Of a stretch of 64,000 bases of DNA, positions 35,153 through 58,680 are shown piece by piece. Source of the stretch: the human T2T-CHM13v2.0 reference genome, Homo sapiens; assembly GCF_009914755.1 (NCBI RefSeq), contig NC_060929.1; one strand, given 5' to 3'. Position 1 is the first letter of the stretch. Each line of letters opens with the position of its first letter. Made by a program: the position numbers and the translations under genes. The notes below the pieces were generated by a model. The model saw only the letters and a program-made list of their open reading frames with translations. It ran no database searches and was not told the origin of the DNA.

Positions 35153-36129
35153 TAAGTTGCTTTTAGTTTCAAGCTACAGAAAGCCCTGCTCAAAGCTGTT
35201 TAAACAATGAAGAAAATTCATTGGCTCATGTAGCTAAAAACTTCAGCCACCTCTGCCTCTTAACAGTTACATCTCCACCACCTTGTCTCTCAACAGCTAC
35301 AGCTGCAGAAAAATCTCATGCAATTGGTGGAACTTATCTTGCAGCTGGAATCTTAACTTTGAGAAAAATGGATTAGGTTTCCAATCTCTCCAGGTGGAAA
35401 GAAGACGAAATGGCAGTTAAGAAAGCCAAGCCACTGATTCTGCCATGATGGATGCACGAATACTATGAGAAAACAGATAGAGGAGCAATTGGTCATCAGT
35501 GTGGTCACTGTATGGCCTTCAACAAGCCCTTTTCTACTCTGGATCTCCATTTCCTCATCTCTAAAATGAGGCCGTTCAATTATGTGATTTGTAAGGGCCT
35601 CTTCAGTCCAGCTATTTCAGAAGTTTGTGAAAGACACCCTAGCTCTGACCCAGAGTTAAACAATTTTCTTCCTGGGAGTATTATCTTCCCAGCTGACAGG
35701 CCAGACCTACACATTTGAACATAATCATTAAACACCTGGCAAGAAGTGCCACCCCACATACAGTTTAATAATTCACATTCCAATCCAATTACTGTGAGTT
35801 TCATAAACAAGGGCTTATTAGAATATGATCGCTTCCTCTGAGTAAGCAGGTTTTTAGGAAATTACAATGATTATCTTCAAGATACAGGCATGAATAATAT
35901 AATCATTCCTCCTCCCTCCTTGTTTTTATCGTTTCCTTTCATGCTGTCTCAGATGGGAGGTCTCTAGCCGGCAGCGACTCAAGCCAGCACCTCTCCCACC
36001 CGGGGCCCTTTCAGCTCCTGGACATAGTTCCTCCCTGTCTCTTCATTAGAACCCATCTGTCCTGGGTCCTTAGGGAGCTTAGGGATTTGTTAAGTGTCCC
36101 ACTTATTATTTATTCATCTCTGATTTACT

Positions 36130-37713
36130 GTTTTTATTATTATACTTTAAGTTCTGGGATACATGTGCAGGATGTGCAGGTTTGTTACGTAGGTATACAT
36201 GTGGTTTGCAGCATGGTGGTTTGCTGCACCTATCAACCCGTCATCTACATTAGGTATTTCTCCTAATGCTATCCCTCCCCTAGCCCCCCAACCCCCTGAC
36301 AGGCCTCAGTGTATGATGTTCCCCTCCCTGTGTCCATGTGTTCTCATTGTTCAACTCCTACTTTTGAGTGAGAACATGTGGTGTTTGTTTTTCTGTTCCT
36401 GTGTTAGTTTGCTAAGAATGATGGTTTCCAGGTTCATCCATGTCCCTGCAAAGGACATGAACTCATCCTTTTTTATGGCTGCCTAGTATTCCATGGTGTA
36501 TATGTACCACATTTTCTTTATCCAGTCTATTATTAATGGGCATTTGGGTTGGTTCCAAGTCTTTGCTATTGTGAACAGTGCTGCAATAAACATGTGTTCA
36601 TGTGTCTTTATAGTAGAATGATTTATAGCCTTGGGGTATATACCCAGTAATGGGATTGCAGGGTCAAATGGTATTTCTGGTTCTAGATCCTTGAGGAATC
36701 ACCACACTGTCTTCCACAATGGTTGAACTAATTTACACTCCCACCAACTGTGTAAAAGCGTTCCTGTTTCTCCACATCCTCTCCAGTCTGTTTCCTGACT
36801 TTTTAATGATTGCCATTCTAATTGGTGTGAGATGGTATCTCATTGTGGTTTTGATTTGCATTTCTCTGATGACCAGTGATGATGAGCTTTTTTTCATGTT
36901 TGTTGGCCACATACATGTCTTCTTTTGAGAAGTGTCTGTTCATATCCTTTGCCCACTTTTTGATGGGGCTGTTTTTTTCTTGTAAATTTGTTTAAGTTCC
37001 TTATAGATTCTGGATATTATCCCTTTGTCAGATAGATAGATTGCAAAATTTTTCTCCCATTCTGTAGGTTGCCTGTTCACTCTGATGATAGTTTCTTTTG
37101 CTGTGCAGAAGCTCTTTAGTTTAATTAGATCCCTTTTGTCAATTTTGGCTTTTGTTGCCATTGCTTTTGGTGTTTTAGTCATGAAGTCTTTGCCCATGCC
37201 TCTGTCCTGACTGGTATTGCCTAGGTTTTCTTCTAGGAATTTTATGGTTTTAGGTCTTACGTTTAAGTCTTTAATCCATCTTGAGTTAATTTTTGTATAA
37301 GGTGTAAGGAAGGGGTCCAGTTTCAGTTTTCTGCATATGGCTAGCCAGTTTTCCCAACACCATTTGTTAAATAGGGAATCTTTTCCCCATTGCTTGTTTT
37401 TGTCAGGTTTGTCAAAGATTAGATGGTTGTAGATGTGTGGTGTTATTTCTGAGGCCTCTGTTCTGTTCCATTGGTCTGTATATCTGTTTTGGTACCAGTA
37501 CCGTGCTGTTTTTATTACTGTAGACTTGTAGTGTAGTTTGAAGTCAGGTAGCGTGATGCCTTCAGCTTTGTTCTTTTTGCTTAGGATTGTTTTGGCTATA
37601 TGGCTCTTTTTTGGTTCCATATGATATTTAAAGTAGTTTTTTCTAATTCTGTGAAGAAAGTCAGTGATAGCTTGATGGGCATAGCATTGAATCTATAAAT
37701 TACTTTGGGCAGT
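36130..37713 (-). mobile_element. 5'-truncated L1PA (L1PA7/8-like): 3' UTR and ORF2 C-terminal remnant
   Basis: ORF 36940-37620 is L1 ORF2p-like ([45 protein letters not shown]). Candidate TSD CTGATT(T)ACT at 36120 and 37714. Confidence 0.93.
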
Positions 37714-37834
37714 CTGATTACTTTTGCATGTGAGTGGAAGAGTTTTGGGGGAAAAAGCAGCACAATGACAGTCAGTGGACTGTGTGCCTTTGGGCATTCA
37801 TGACACTTTCTGGTCTCCAGAGCTCTATTTTTAA

Positions 37835-40132
<2,298 letters not shown>

Positions 40133-40531
40133 ATTTAATTCTCTATTTCAGGTCCTCAGCACTTCTTGCCTGAGTTCCTGATGGAATCGCCCAACTTTCC
40201 TTCAAGTTTTCCTCCTCTTCTCTTTCCATCCTATTTTATACAAGATGCCAGGTTATTATTCCTCAGTTTTGGTTGTGCTCTTACCACTCTCCTGTGCAAA
40301 ATCCTTCGAAGCTTCCCCAAACCAACAGAAGAAAAATCCCGCTCTTTAAACTGACCTTGACAGGCACTTTCAGGCTGGCTTCCAGCACCTACCATCTCCA
40401 TATGTAGAAATCTGACTTGCCCTCTAAAGCCTACATCAAATACTGTCTCCTCCAAGATGCTTCCCAGATGTTTTCTTAGCTGGAAGTTTTTACTGGCCTC
40501 TGGACTTTTTCTCCATTTTCATTAAGGTACT

Positions 40532-41573
<1,042 letters not shown>

Positions 41574-42108
41574 GCACTTAAAACTTCTTATTTTATTTTA
41601 TGGATATTTGTGCACTTATTTTAACTCCCTTAGAAGATGGTAAGCTCCTTGAAGGCAGGAAGTATATCCTATCTCTATCCTTTTATCTCCCACAGTGTTT
41701 AATGGACTTTCTTGGACTTAGTAAATGCTCAAAATTTTTCGTTGAGTGAATGAATGTTATATAAAATAATTCTTGATTAATAATAATTTCTCGTTTCCCA
41801 AATTTTATATTAAAAAACTATATAGTGGAGATAGCATTGGGCTTGATGTCAAAGACCTGGGTTCTTTTCCCAACTCTGTCACTTTCCAGTTGTGTGCCCT
41901 TGAATAAGTCACCTAATCTCTCTGGGACTCCATTTCCTCATCTGTAAAGTGGGAATACTAACACTGTCCTGTTTGCTTTACAAGTCATTAATGAATATTA
42001 ATAAAATAGTTTAGTAACCCTCAAAATATTTGGGGGCAACTACTATATACCAGGCATTGTTCTGGGCACTTGAGATATAATAGTGAACAAGCTGGGCCAG
42101 GTTCCTGT

Positions 42109-42915
42109 TGACAGAAGATTTTTCTCTCGGCCCCTTTGCTGGACTCGCAGCAGTGGTGCCCTGTCTACTTGGCCTGCCGCACTCAGCCCCTTCCGGGAGG
42201 GAGCATATGAGCGAGCCAGTGTGGGATCTGGCCGGCCACTCCGAGCATGACACAGGAGCAAGCTCTGTGTGGGGCCCATGGCCAGACCAGGTGCAAGGGT
42301 GCCCATGACAGAGAAGCTCCAGAGGGAGTGTTAGGGTGCTAATTAGCTCTTTTAGTTCTGCCATACACAGCCTGATGGATGGTGGCATGTTAGCAGCTCA
42401 GTCAGCCCCTGGCCCCATCATGTGGAATGGCTGCCCTCTGCTGGCAGGCGCAAAAGGCCAGTGTCATAGCCTTTTTGGGTACCCGTTCTCAGTGGGTCCC
42501 AAGCTCTTGTCCAGCATCCAAGAAGAATGAGGATATGCTGACAATCAAAGAGTGAGCAAGGCAGGGAGTTTTATTGAGTGATGAAACAGCTTTCTGTGGA
42601 GACAGGACGTTCCCCTAACTGAATGCGGGGAACCAGTGTGACTGAGTCTGGGGCTTTTATGGCCTCAGAATAGCAGGGCCATAGGTGGTATTGGAAAAGG
42701 CAACATTTGATTGGTTAAGAGGCATTATTCAGAAAGACTCAATAGGGAAAGGGTGGACAAACAAGAACAGAAGTTCTCACTCTGGCTTGTGGGTTTCATC
42801 TGGGACCAGCAGTCTGATCTTTCAGACTTCAGGCTGTTTTTTGGCTGGAAGGTGGGGTTTCACTGGTGGTCTGCCCCTATCTACCTGGGCATTTGGTTGC
42901 CTCCTGTCACTATCA
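42109..42915 (-). mobile_element. ERV1-class solo LTR (MER48/LTR29-like; subfamily uncertain)
   Basis: TG...CA termini (minus strand starts tgatagtgacaggaggc). Perfect 4-bp TSD CTGT (42105-42108 and 42916-42919). AATAAA on minus strand near 42570. Interrupts L2-like sequence. Confidence 0.8.
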
Positions 42916-44035
42916 CTGTCCTCATTCTTGTTCTTGTGGTGAAATAGGTGATTAACAAGAAATTATTACTGATGAGTACCCAAAACAATTTCAGAAAGTG
43001 CTAAGTTCAATGCAGACTATAAAGCAACGTATGTGATAGTGGGGGCTTACCTCCTAGAAAGGGTGGTTAGGAAAGACCTCTCTGAGGAGGCATTTGAGCT
43101 GAGATGTGAAGAATGAGAAAGAAGTGGCTATTCTGGGGAGTGAGAGGTAGGAGGGATGAGTATTCCAGGCAGAGGGAGGACAAAAGGCCCCAAGGTAGGA
43201 GAGAATGAGTGTGAATATTCAAGTAAGCTAGTAGGGTAATGACATGTAAAATTTGCAGCTCAGTCAAATGCAAGGCTTCCCACCCATCACAGAAAGACCC
43301 TAGGGTTGGGGTTTTATTTCTGATTCATCCGTGGTGTACAGCTGGGGCATCACTTTCCACGTATGCAGGCTTGGGCATATCACCTTGCCTCTCATGGTTT
43401 CTCCTTCCCTGCCCTGCCTGGCTGCCAGTGTTAGGAGGGGGTCAAATGTGGCCATGTGGGTAAAGGCACTTTGAAAATATGAAGCACTGTATGTTTTCCA
43501 GGTGGTATCATTATTTGAAAACAAGTTACCTGCGATTAGGGATTTGGACTTTGAATTTTGCAAGTAGCTTGCTGATCAAATTTTCTGAGGAGAGCTGCAG
43601 TCACCCCAGCTCAGAGCTCAAAAAGGCCCATCTCAGGCTTTTCAAAGCAAATTGATAAGAATTAAGTAGAGGTAGCTGCAGTGATGTGAAAGCTGTGTTT
43701 TGTGGGGGTTGAATTCTAACTTTCTTGCCTACTGAGACTCTACACACATGATTTGGTGTGAGTAACCCCCCTGTTTGGGTGCTTGGATGCCTATTAAAAC
43801 TATCTTGGGGTCAGGTCATTGTGTGTGTCTGTGTGCGTGAGATTTTACATTGCAATAGAATATTCCAGAAAAGAGCCATCTGCTCAGATGTTTTAAGCAT
43901 GCCACTGCCCCCAGAACTGATGTGATTGAACATTATACACATACATCTTGAATAGTGAAATTGCACCCAGGCACATATAAATTACAGTAACAGAGCATTC
44001 TTTTTTTTTTTCAACATCCTTTCCTGATGAAAATT

Positions 44036-44910
<875 letters not shown>

Positions 44911-46280
44911 TTAACAATTATCCATCCACTCAACAGATATTTATTGAACATTTACTATGAGCAAGTCGCTGAGATAAACAAACATGCTCTCAAGTGGGTA
45001 TCTGTTTCTATTGGTTGGACTCTTGGTCTCTGTCTGTCACTTTCTCTTTGTCTCTTTCCCATGTTCTTCCCTGCCCCCTTCACTTATGGATTTGCCTCAT
45101 TGGAATCAAGATCCATTCAACTAGTGGGGCTTCCATAATTGAGGCTTGGGGCATATCAAATGGAACAGCTAATGGTGACTTTTTTTTTTCCCAAGGCAGT
45201 TTATCAATTATGAATGATCAGGCAATCGCAGATCAAAAGAGTCCCATTTCCCCAAACGATGTAGTAGATTTTAGAATGAGATGAAATGAAATGGAGCTAA
45301 AAGGCATTTTTAAAAAGAAGGCTAAGGGATTTGGAGCTGGAGGTATGAAGCTCAGGATCAAGGAGACTTCTTGCTTTGGTTTCAGAGTCTTGGACAGCTT
45401 GTGCATAAACTGGAGGGCCGGCAGCTGGAATGACCAGGACACCTAGGTGCTGGGAAGGTTAGCAGGCTGGTTGTTGCGGGCCACTGCAGTCTAAAGAGTG
45501 ATACTGACTTAACATTAGCAGCGGGACTGCTTGCTTTCTCTGCCTCAGCTCCTGTTGCAATTTCTATGCCATCTATGTGGCCTGGACCTTGTGATTTTCA
45601 GAGATGAGAGTGCTGCTGGGAAGCTTCCCTGACACCCCCTAGGAGGAAGAGTTATCCTTGCTGCTTTCCTGGGTTTGCTCATCCAGGGGGATTGTGGCAG
45701 CTGTTGTGATTATTCTCTCCATCTCTGTCTCTGTTCTCTCTCTGTCTATATTTATATCTGTCTCTGTCTCTGTCTTTCTGTTTCATCCTCTCTCTCTCTC
45801 AGACAACCCCCCACCACCTGCTGCAGTAGCTTCACTTCCCAACACACCTAGAAACCCACACATTCTCAGCTATAGAGACAAGGAGGACAACCCATGGAAG
45901 CACATTGGGCCAATTAGTGAGGGAAATTGATGACTATAAATTTTATGAATTCAAAAAGTTACTGAATAATACATGTTCAACACAGAAAAATTAGAAAATA
46001 TAGGTAAACAAAAAAGCAAATGAAAATCACTGAGTGTATAAGGAATTTTTAAATTAAATACCAGTTTAAAAATATGAGAAAAGAAATCTATGAATGAAAA
46101 CCAAATACTCAAACGCTTCAGAAGGGCATGAAATAAGGAGTGAGATCCTCTGTTGCTGGACCCCCAAGTCCCCTTCCCTTGAGACAAAAAATTCCAGAAA
46201 TTTACTCTACCTGCACAAATGTATGTCTCTATGCATATGATCTTAAAAGAAAACCACAAATGGGAGCATAATGTTATTAT

Positions 46281-46402
46281 TGTATTTTTAGTAGACATGG
46301 GGTTTCTCCATGTTGGTCAGGCTGGTCTCGAACTCCCAACCTCAGGTGATCTGCCCGCCTTGGCCTCCCAAAGTGCTGGGATTACAGGTGTGATCCCAGC
46401 AC
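46281..46402 (-). mobile_element. Alu left-monomer fragment without right arm or poly(A)
   Basis: Begins at the linker (tgtattttta); flanked by TTATTATT direct repeats. Confidence 0.8.
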
Positions 46403-48896
46403 CTTATTATTCTACTTAATAAATTCCAAATACCTTTCCATGACAGCACATATGGATAAATTGTGAATATGGCAAATATACCTTAGTCATTGAGTGCCAT
46501 GTTATGAGTACCATGTTAATTTTTGAATATCATGAATTATGAATACCATGTTAATTTGTGAATATCTCTGGAATACATATTGAAGCAACAAAGACAAGAA
46601 AAAAGGACACTCGGCACTACTGGGAAATGATACTTGATTATTTAGAATTTATCACATTTGCGTTATCTTTGTGGAAGGATGTGACAAATGAATTAATTTG
46701 CCTTTTCTCTAAACTGACCACTCCCATCACACAAATGCTCTGTGCACTCTGAATCACTGCCTGTCTTTGATGTCAGCAGTGACACAATCCGCAAACCTTC
46801 ATGGCATTTGGACTCATTGTGTTCAAGGACACAGAGCCAGAGCAGGGCTGCTTCCCTGGGGCCTAGATGGTGCTGGTCTTGAGAGCAAGTGTTCAGGGAA
46901 TGGGCCATGCTTACTAGAGTTGAGCACTGATGGACAAAGGGGCCAATATATTTTTTAATAAACAGATTTTTTATGACATGTGGGATCTTCTAAAATGGAG
47001 CGGGGCCCCTCCTGCCCAGGTCTATGGGTGGGACTCTACACTGGCATGACCGCACTGGTTGTTAAGATATTGAATTCTGTTCATACAGTTGGTAATAGAT
47101 GCTGCTTTGCATCCCAAATGATCTCTCCCCGTGACTCCCCCTACCCTGGCCCTCCCCAGAAACCACCTCCCCTGCCCTCCTCATGATCCAGCAACTGAAA
47201 GGTTAATGCTGAGAACAGCAAAGGGCCTCTAGAACATGGCTCCAGAGCTGTTGCTGTGCCTATTTCTGTTGGCACAGAAGGGATGGAGGATGTGCTGATC
47301 AGGTTGTTACATATTTTTATTATTACCCCTACTTATGAGTAAATATTCAGTGAATACCATGCCCTTGTTTCTCTAAAGACAATTTTGTGTCAGAGACCAC
47401 CGATGATAAAAACAAGATGGGTACTATGAGAAAACAAAGCCCAGGTGACAAGCTGGGATGCTATAGGTCACATCCATTTCATCAGGTGGCACATTGAGAG
47501 CCACCTTGACCACTTTGGTTTCTCCGGAACAAGCATCTTTGGCAGGAACCCAGTGGCAAAACAAACTGGAGTCATGAGGGGTGATTACCTTGCAACTGCT
47601 GCTTGCCACATTATCTCAAGAGTGATGCTTAGGATTCTGAAAACACCCTGCCTGGGGCCAATAGTACAACATTTAGAAAGACATGGAGTTGGTGCCATTT
47701 TTCCTCTTCGTCTACAACTCCAATAGATACGTCCCTTTTCCCCTTTAAGAAATGTGGCATTTAGGGTATTTAATTTAATTGGGTGGATTGGGTAGAAGTA
47801 GAATAAGTTGCTTTTCCCTGTCCTTAATTCTGTTAGGTAACCAGAGACCAGTTGGAACAAAACCAAATCTGATTTACCAAAGATAACATCTGTTAGCATG
47901 TTTTCTTCTTCCGGGCTTTTTTTCTATGCATGTAAATATAAATAAGTTGCTATACTTTTACAAAATTGGAATTATTATGTTTTATATAGTTTGTATTCTA
48001 TTTATACTTAACATTATATGGAAAGCAATGGCCAAATCATTAAGTATTCTTCTAGGACAGGATATTTAATGTTTATATAATGTTTTATCACAGGGCTAAA
48101 TCACATTTAACACTTTTATTTTGGACATTTAGGCAATTTTCAATTTTTTGCTAATATAAGTAACTGTATGATAAATAGTCACATCTTTTCACACATCCTT
48201 TCCTTAGAATAAGGAATCTCAGCTTCAGAGATACTCCTTTTTAGTTCATATGCCAACTCTCAATCTTAGTTGCCACCATTAGGTTTAATTTCTCCCACAG
48301 CTTTTTTATGGCCTCTGGACTAAGCACCTCTTGAATTATCTCTGAACTCTCAGCAGCTTTATAGAAATAATCTGGAAGCTGACCAGCAGCTCTAGTTTCT
48401 GGGCACGTCTGATTTACAGATTTCCTAGACATGGGGCAGATACTGGCCATTGCTGACGGCTCCATAGTTTGTATGGGTAGTGTAAGCATCTAATAGGAGA
48501 TGGAATCTTTTTTCTCTTGGCCTACTTCTATCCTCCTCCTCCCTTCTCTCTTCTTCCTCTCTCTCTCTCTCTCTCGCTCTCTGTCATCTTTCTTGCTCTC
48601 TCTCTGGAAAAGACAGATTGGCATAACCTGAGTCAGATACTCACATCTGGATCTGTAAACCATAGGCCAGATAAGGTGGGTTACACTGAAGAAATATAGC
48701 AACTTCTATAACCCTATGCATAATGAGAAGAAGAAGAAATTCTTAGAAAATAGTGACTGGGCAAACAAGGCAACAGGGTCCAAAACAATTGGGTTTGATA
48801 AGGGAGGGTTCTAATCTATGGTCTGCTAGAAACTTGCTGAGCCACTCAGTCTCCTTCGCTAGGACTCAATGTGCTCCTCTTTGGAATGACACAGTT

Positions 48897-49226
48897 GGCT
48901 GGGTGTGGTGTGCATACATGTAATCCCAGTACTTTGGGAGGTTGAGGTGGGAGGATCCCTTAAGTTCAGGAGTTTGGGACCAGCCTGGGCAACATGGTGC
49001 AAGCCCATCTCTGCCAAAAACAAACAATTGAACAAAAATTAGCCAGGCGTGGTGACATGCACCTGTAGTCCCAGGTACTTGGGAGGCTGAGATGGGATGG
49101 ATGATCACTTGAGCCCAGGAGGTAGAGCCTGCAGTGAGCCATGTTCATGCCACCGCACTCCAGCCTGAGTGACAAAGTCAGACCCTGTTTCAAAAAACCA
49201 AAAAAAAAAGTAAAAAAAAAAAAAAA
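48897..49226 (+). mobile_element. AluJ
   Basis: TSD gacacagtt. Confidence 0.85.
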
Positions 49227-49729
49227 GACACAGTTGGACTGATTGATTCCCAGATTCCCTCTAGGTCCTTCAGTTTGTTGGTGGTAAAGCCAAGGCTCCA
49301 AACTAGGGCTTCTTCCTCATGACATATCTCCTCCAGCTAGCAGCCTTCTCCAGTCCATGCTGTTGTTTATGATGAGTTCCCTGGCTTCCACCTCCACTCC
49401 ACCAGGCCAGAATGAAGACACTGACCTTTGCAGTTAACTTCCAAGAAAGATGTGTGTGTTTCTTGCTTTAGGCTGTAGGTGAAATATGAGTAAATGGAAT
49501 TTGGGGTAATCATTTTTCCCTGCTGACTCTGTAATTGCATTGTGATTCCAGAACTCTTTTTCCTTTAGAGAATGTGAGATATTGGAAAGCCCTTAGAAGT
49601 CATTTAGTCCAGGAGTTCTTAATCTGAATTCTGTGAACCTCTGAGGTCTGGGAACACACTGAAATTAGAGGAAGAATGTGTGTATGTACATTTTTGAATC
49701 GGTAGAGGAGATCAATTTTTAAAGCCACC

Positions 49730-51546
49730 TTATTTTTAACGGAGATACAATTAAGATCTTAAAATGTACAGATTAAATATTCAATTTGATAAGTTTCCAC
49801 GAATATATAACTTGAGCATCCATCATCCAAAACAGGACCTAAAACATTTTCATCACACCCAAAGGGCACCCCTTATGTCACTTTCTAGTCAATCCTCCCC
49901 TGCCCCCCATTCCCCCAGCAACCACTTTCTGACTTCTATTTCATATGACCACAGTTTATTTTTTTCTTGTTTTAGAATTTCATGTGAATGGAACTGTACA
50001 GTTTTTGCTCTTTTGTCTTGCATCTTTTGCTCAACTTTTTTTTTTTGTAAAAAGACAACATTTTTTAGATCAGTTTTAGATTCACAGCAAAATTAAGAGG
50101 AAAGTACAGAGATTTCCCACATGCCTCCTTCCCCCAGACATGTTATCAACATCCAGCACCAGAACGGTACATTTGTTATAATTAATGAACATACACTGAC
50201 ACATCATTATCATTCAAAGCCAATAGTTTACATTAGGGTTCACTCTTAGCATTGTACATCCTTGTCAGCATTTGATGTTGTCAGTGTTCCAGATTTTGGC
50301 CATTCTAGTAGGTGTGTAGTAGTATCTTATTGTTTTAATTTACATTTTCCTGACCAAATATGATGTGGAGCATCTTTTCATGTGCTTTTTGCCATGTTTA
50401 TATTTTCTTTTGTGAGGTGTCTGCTAAAGCCTTTGGCCCATTTTAAAATCAGGTCGTTCGTTCACTTATTGTTGCATTTTAAGAGTTATTTGTATATTTT
50501 GGATAATATTCCTTTATCAGATGTGTCTTTTGCAAATATTTTCTCTCAGTCTATGGCTTCTCTTCTTATTCTCTTGACAGTTTTGTTTGAAGAGCAGAAG
50601 TTTTCGATTTTAATGAAACTTATTAATGATTTATTTCATGGATTGTGCCTTTGGTGTTATATCTAAAAAGTCATCTCACACCTGAATTCATCTAGGTTTT
50701 CTCCTATGTTATTTTCTAGGAGTTTAATAGTTTTGCATTTTACAGTTAGGACTATGATCCTTTTGAGTGAATTTTTGTGAAGGCTGTAAGGTCTGATTTT
50801 TTTTTTTTTTTTTTAACATGCAGAAGTCCAGTTGTTCCAGCACCATTTGTTCCATTTGTTGAAAAAACTATCTTTGTTTCATTGTATTGCCTTTGCTTCT
50901 TTGTCAAAGATCATTTAACTATATTATGTGGGTCTATTCACTGTATCTAAATGGTCTCTCTACTCTAATACATTGGTCTATTTGTCTATTCTTTTGCCAA
51001 TACCACATTGTCTTGATTACTGTAGTTTTATAGTAAGTCTTGAAGTTGGGTAGTGTCAGTCTTATGACTTTGTTCTTCTCCTTCAATATTATGTTTGCCA
51101 TTGTATTTTTTTTTTCCTCTCTATATAAACTTTAGAGTCAGTTTGTCAATATCTATAAAACAACTTGCTGGGATTTTGATTTGAATTGCATTGAATGGAT
51201 AGATCAGTTTGGGAAGAACTGACATCTTTACGATATTCAGTCTTCTTATCCATGAACATAAAATATCTCTCCATTTATTTAGTTCCCCTTTGATCTTGTT
51301 CATCAGAGTTTTGTAGTTTTCATCACGTAGATCTCATACATATTCTGTTAGGTTTATACCTATTTCATTTTTTAAGTGCTAATGTAAGTGGTATTGTGCT
51401 TTCAATTCTGAATATCACTTATTCACTGTTGGTATATAGGAAACCAATTTACTTTTGTGTATTAACCTTGTATCCTTTAAGTTTATACTATACTCACTTA
51501 TTAGTTCCAGGACATTTTTCTGTTGTTGGTTAAAAAGAAATTTCTC
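49730..51546 (-). mobile_element. Old L1 (L1MC-like, inside an older L1M) forming the left flank of KIF4B
   Basis: ORF 51121-51303 (-) is ORF2p-like ([28 protein letters not shown]). The L1 text resumes at 56038. Confidence 0.8.
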
Positions 51547-55455
<3,909 letters not shown>

Positions 55456-55998
55456 AGTTGGAGTCATCATCTCTACCCCCAATCTGGCTTGGGAGATGCT
55501 TTCCAGTTGCAGCCAGAAGGGGTTTTTTAAATGACTTCTCTGGATTTCAGGTTTCTTGCCGTTGAAAAAAAGGAACAAAGCATTACTAAAAAGAAGGTAA
55601 CCTTTGTTGGATGTTGTCCCTCAGTCTCCATCCCCAGACTACTGCTCTCTGCTCTCTAGAAGGCTGCTAAACCACCTGCTGAAGAGAGAACCAACAGACT
55701 TTCCTAATGACTCATCAGGAACCAGTCCTCAGTATGATCAAGTTCCTTCTTATTTGTGAGCAGTTCAGGCTATCTCCTGATGGGGATGAGGCCAAGGCTT
55801 TCTTATCTTTTGGTTGTCTCTGCTTAATGGAGGAGCCTGGCCTAGGATGGAGGTCTGGCTCAGATCTTTCACTCCACCTCGGGAATGGGGTTGTGATCTT
55901 TCCTGTCCTGACCCCCTCTGAATTGTAAGTGTTTCAATAGTACTCTTGATTGTATGCCATGTTGTTGAAGTAAATGAATTATTTTTAAATGTTAAGTA

Positions 55999-56032
55999 AA
56001 TAAACCTTAGCCCATCTACTGTTAAAAAAAAA
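55999..56032 (+). terminator. KIF4B: KIF4B poly(A) signal and genomic poly(A) remnant
   Basis: AATAAA 55999-56004; A9 at 56024-56032, then L1 resumes. Confidence 0.85.
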
Positions 56033-56037
56033 GTCTC

Positions 56038-58680
<2,643 letters not shown>

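Noticed and set aside
36940-37620. 226-aa ORF as a host gene
   Set aside because: C-terminal fragment of L1 ORF2p in a truncated element.
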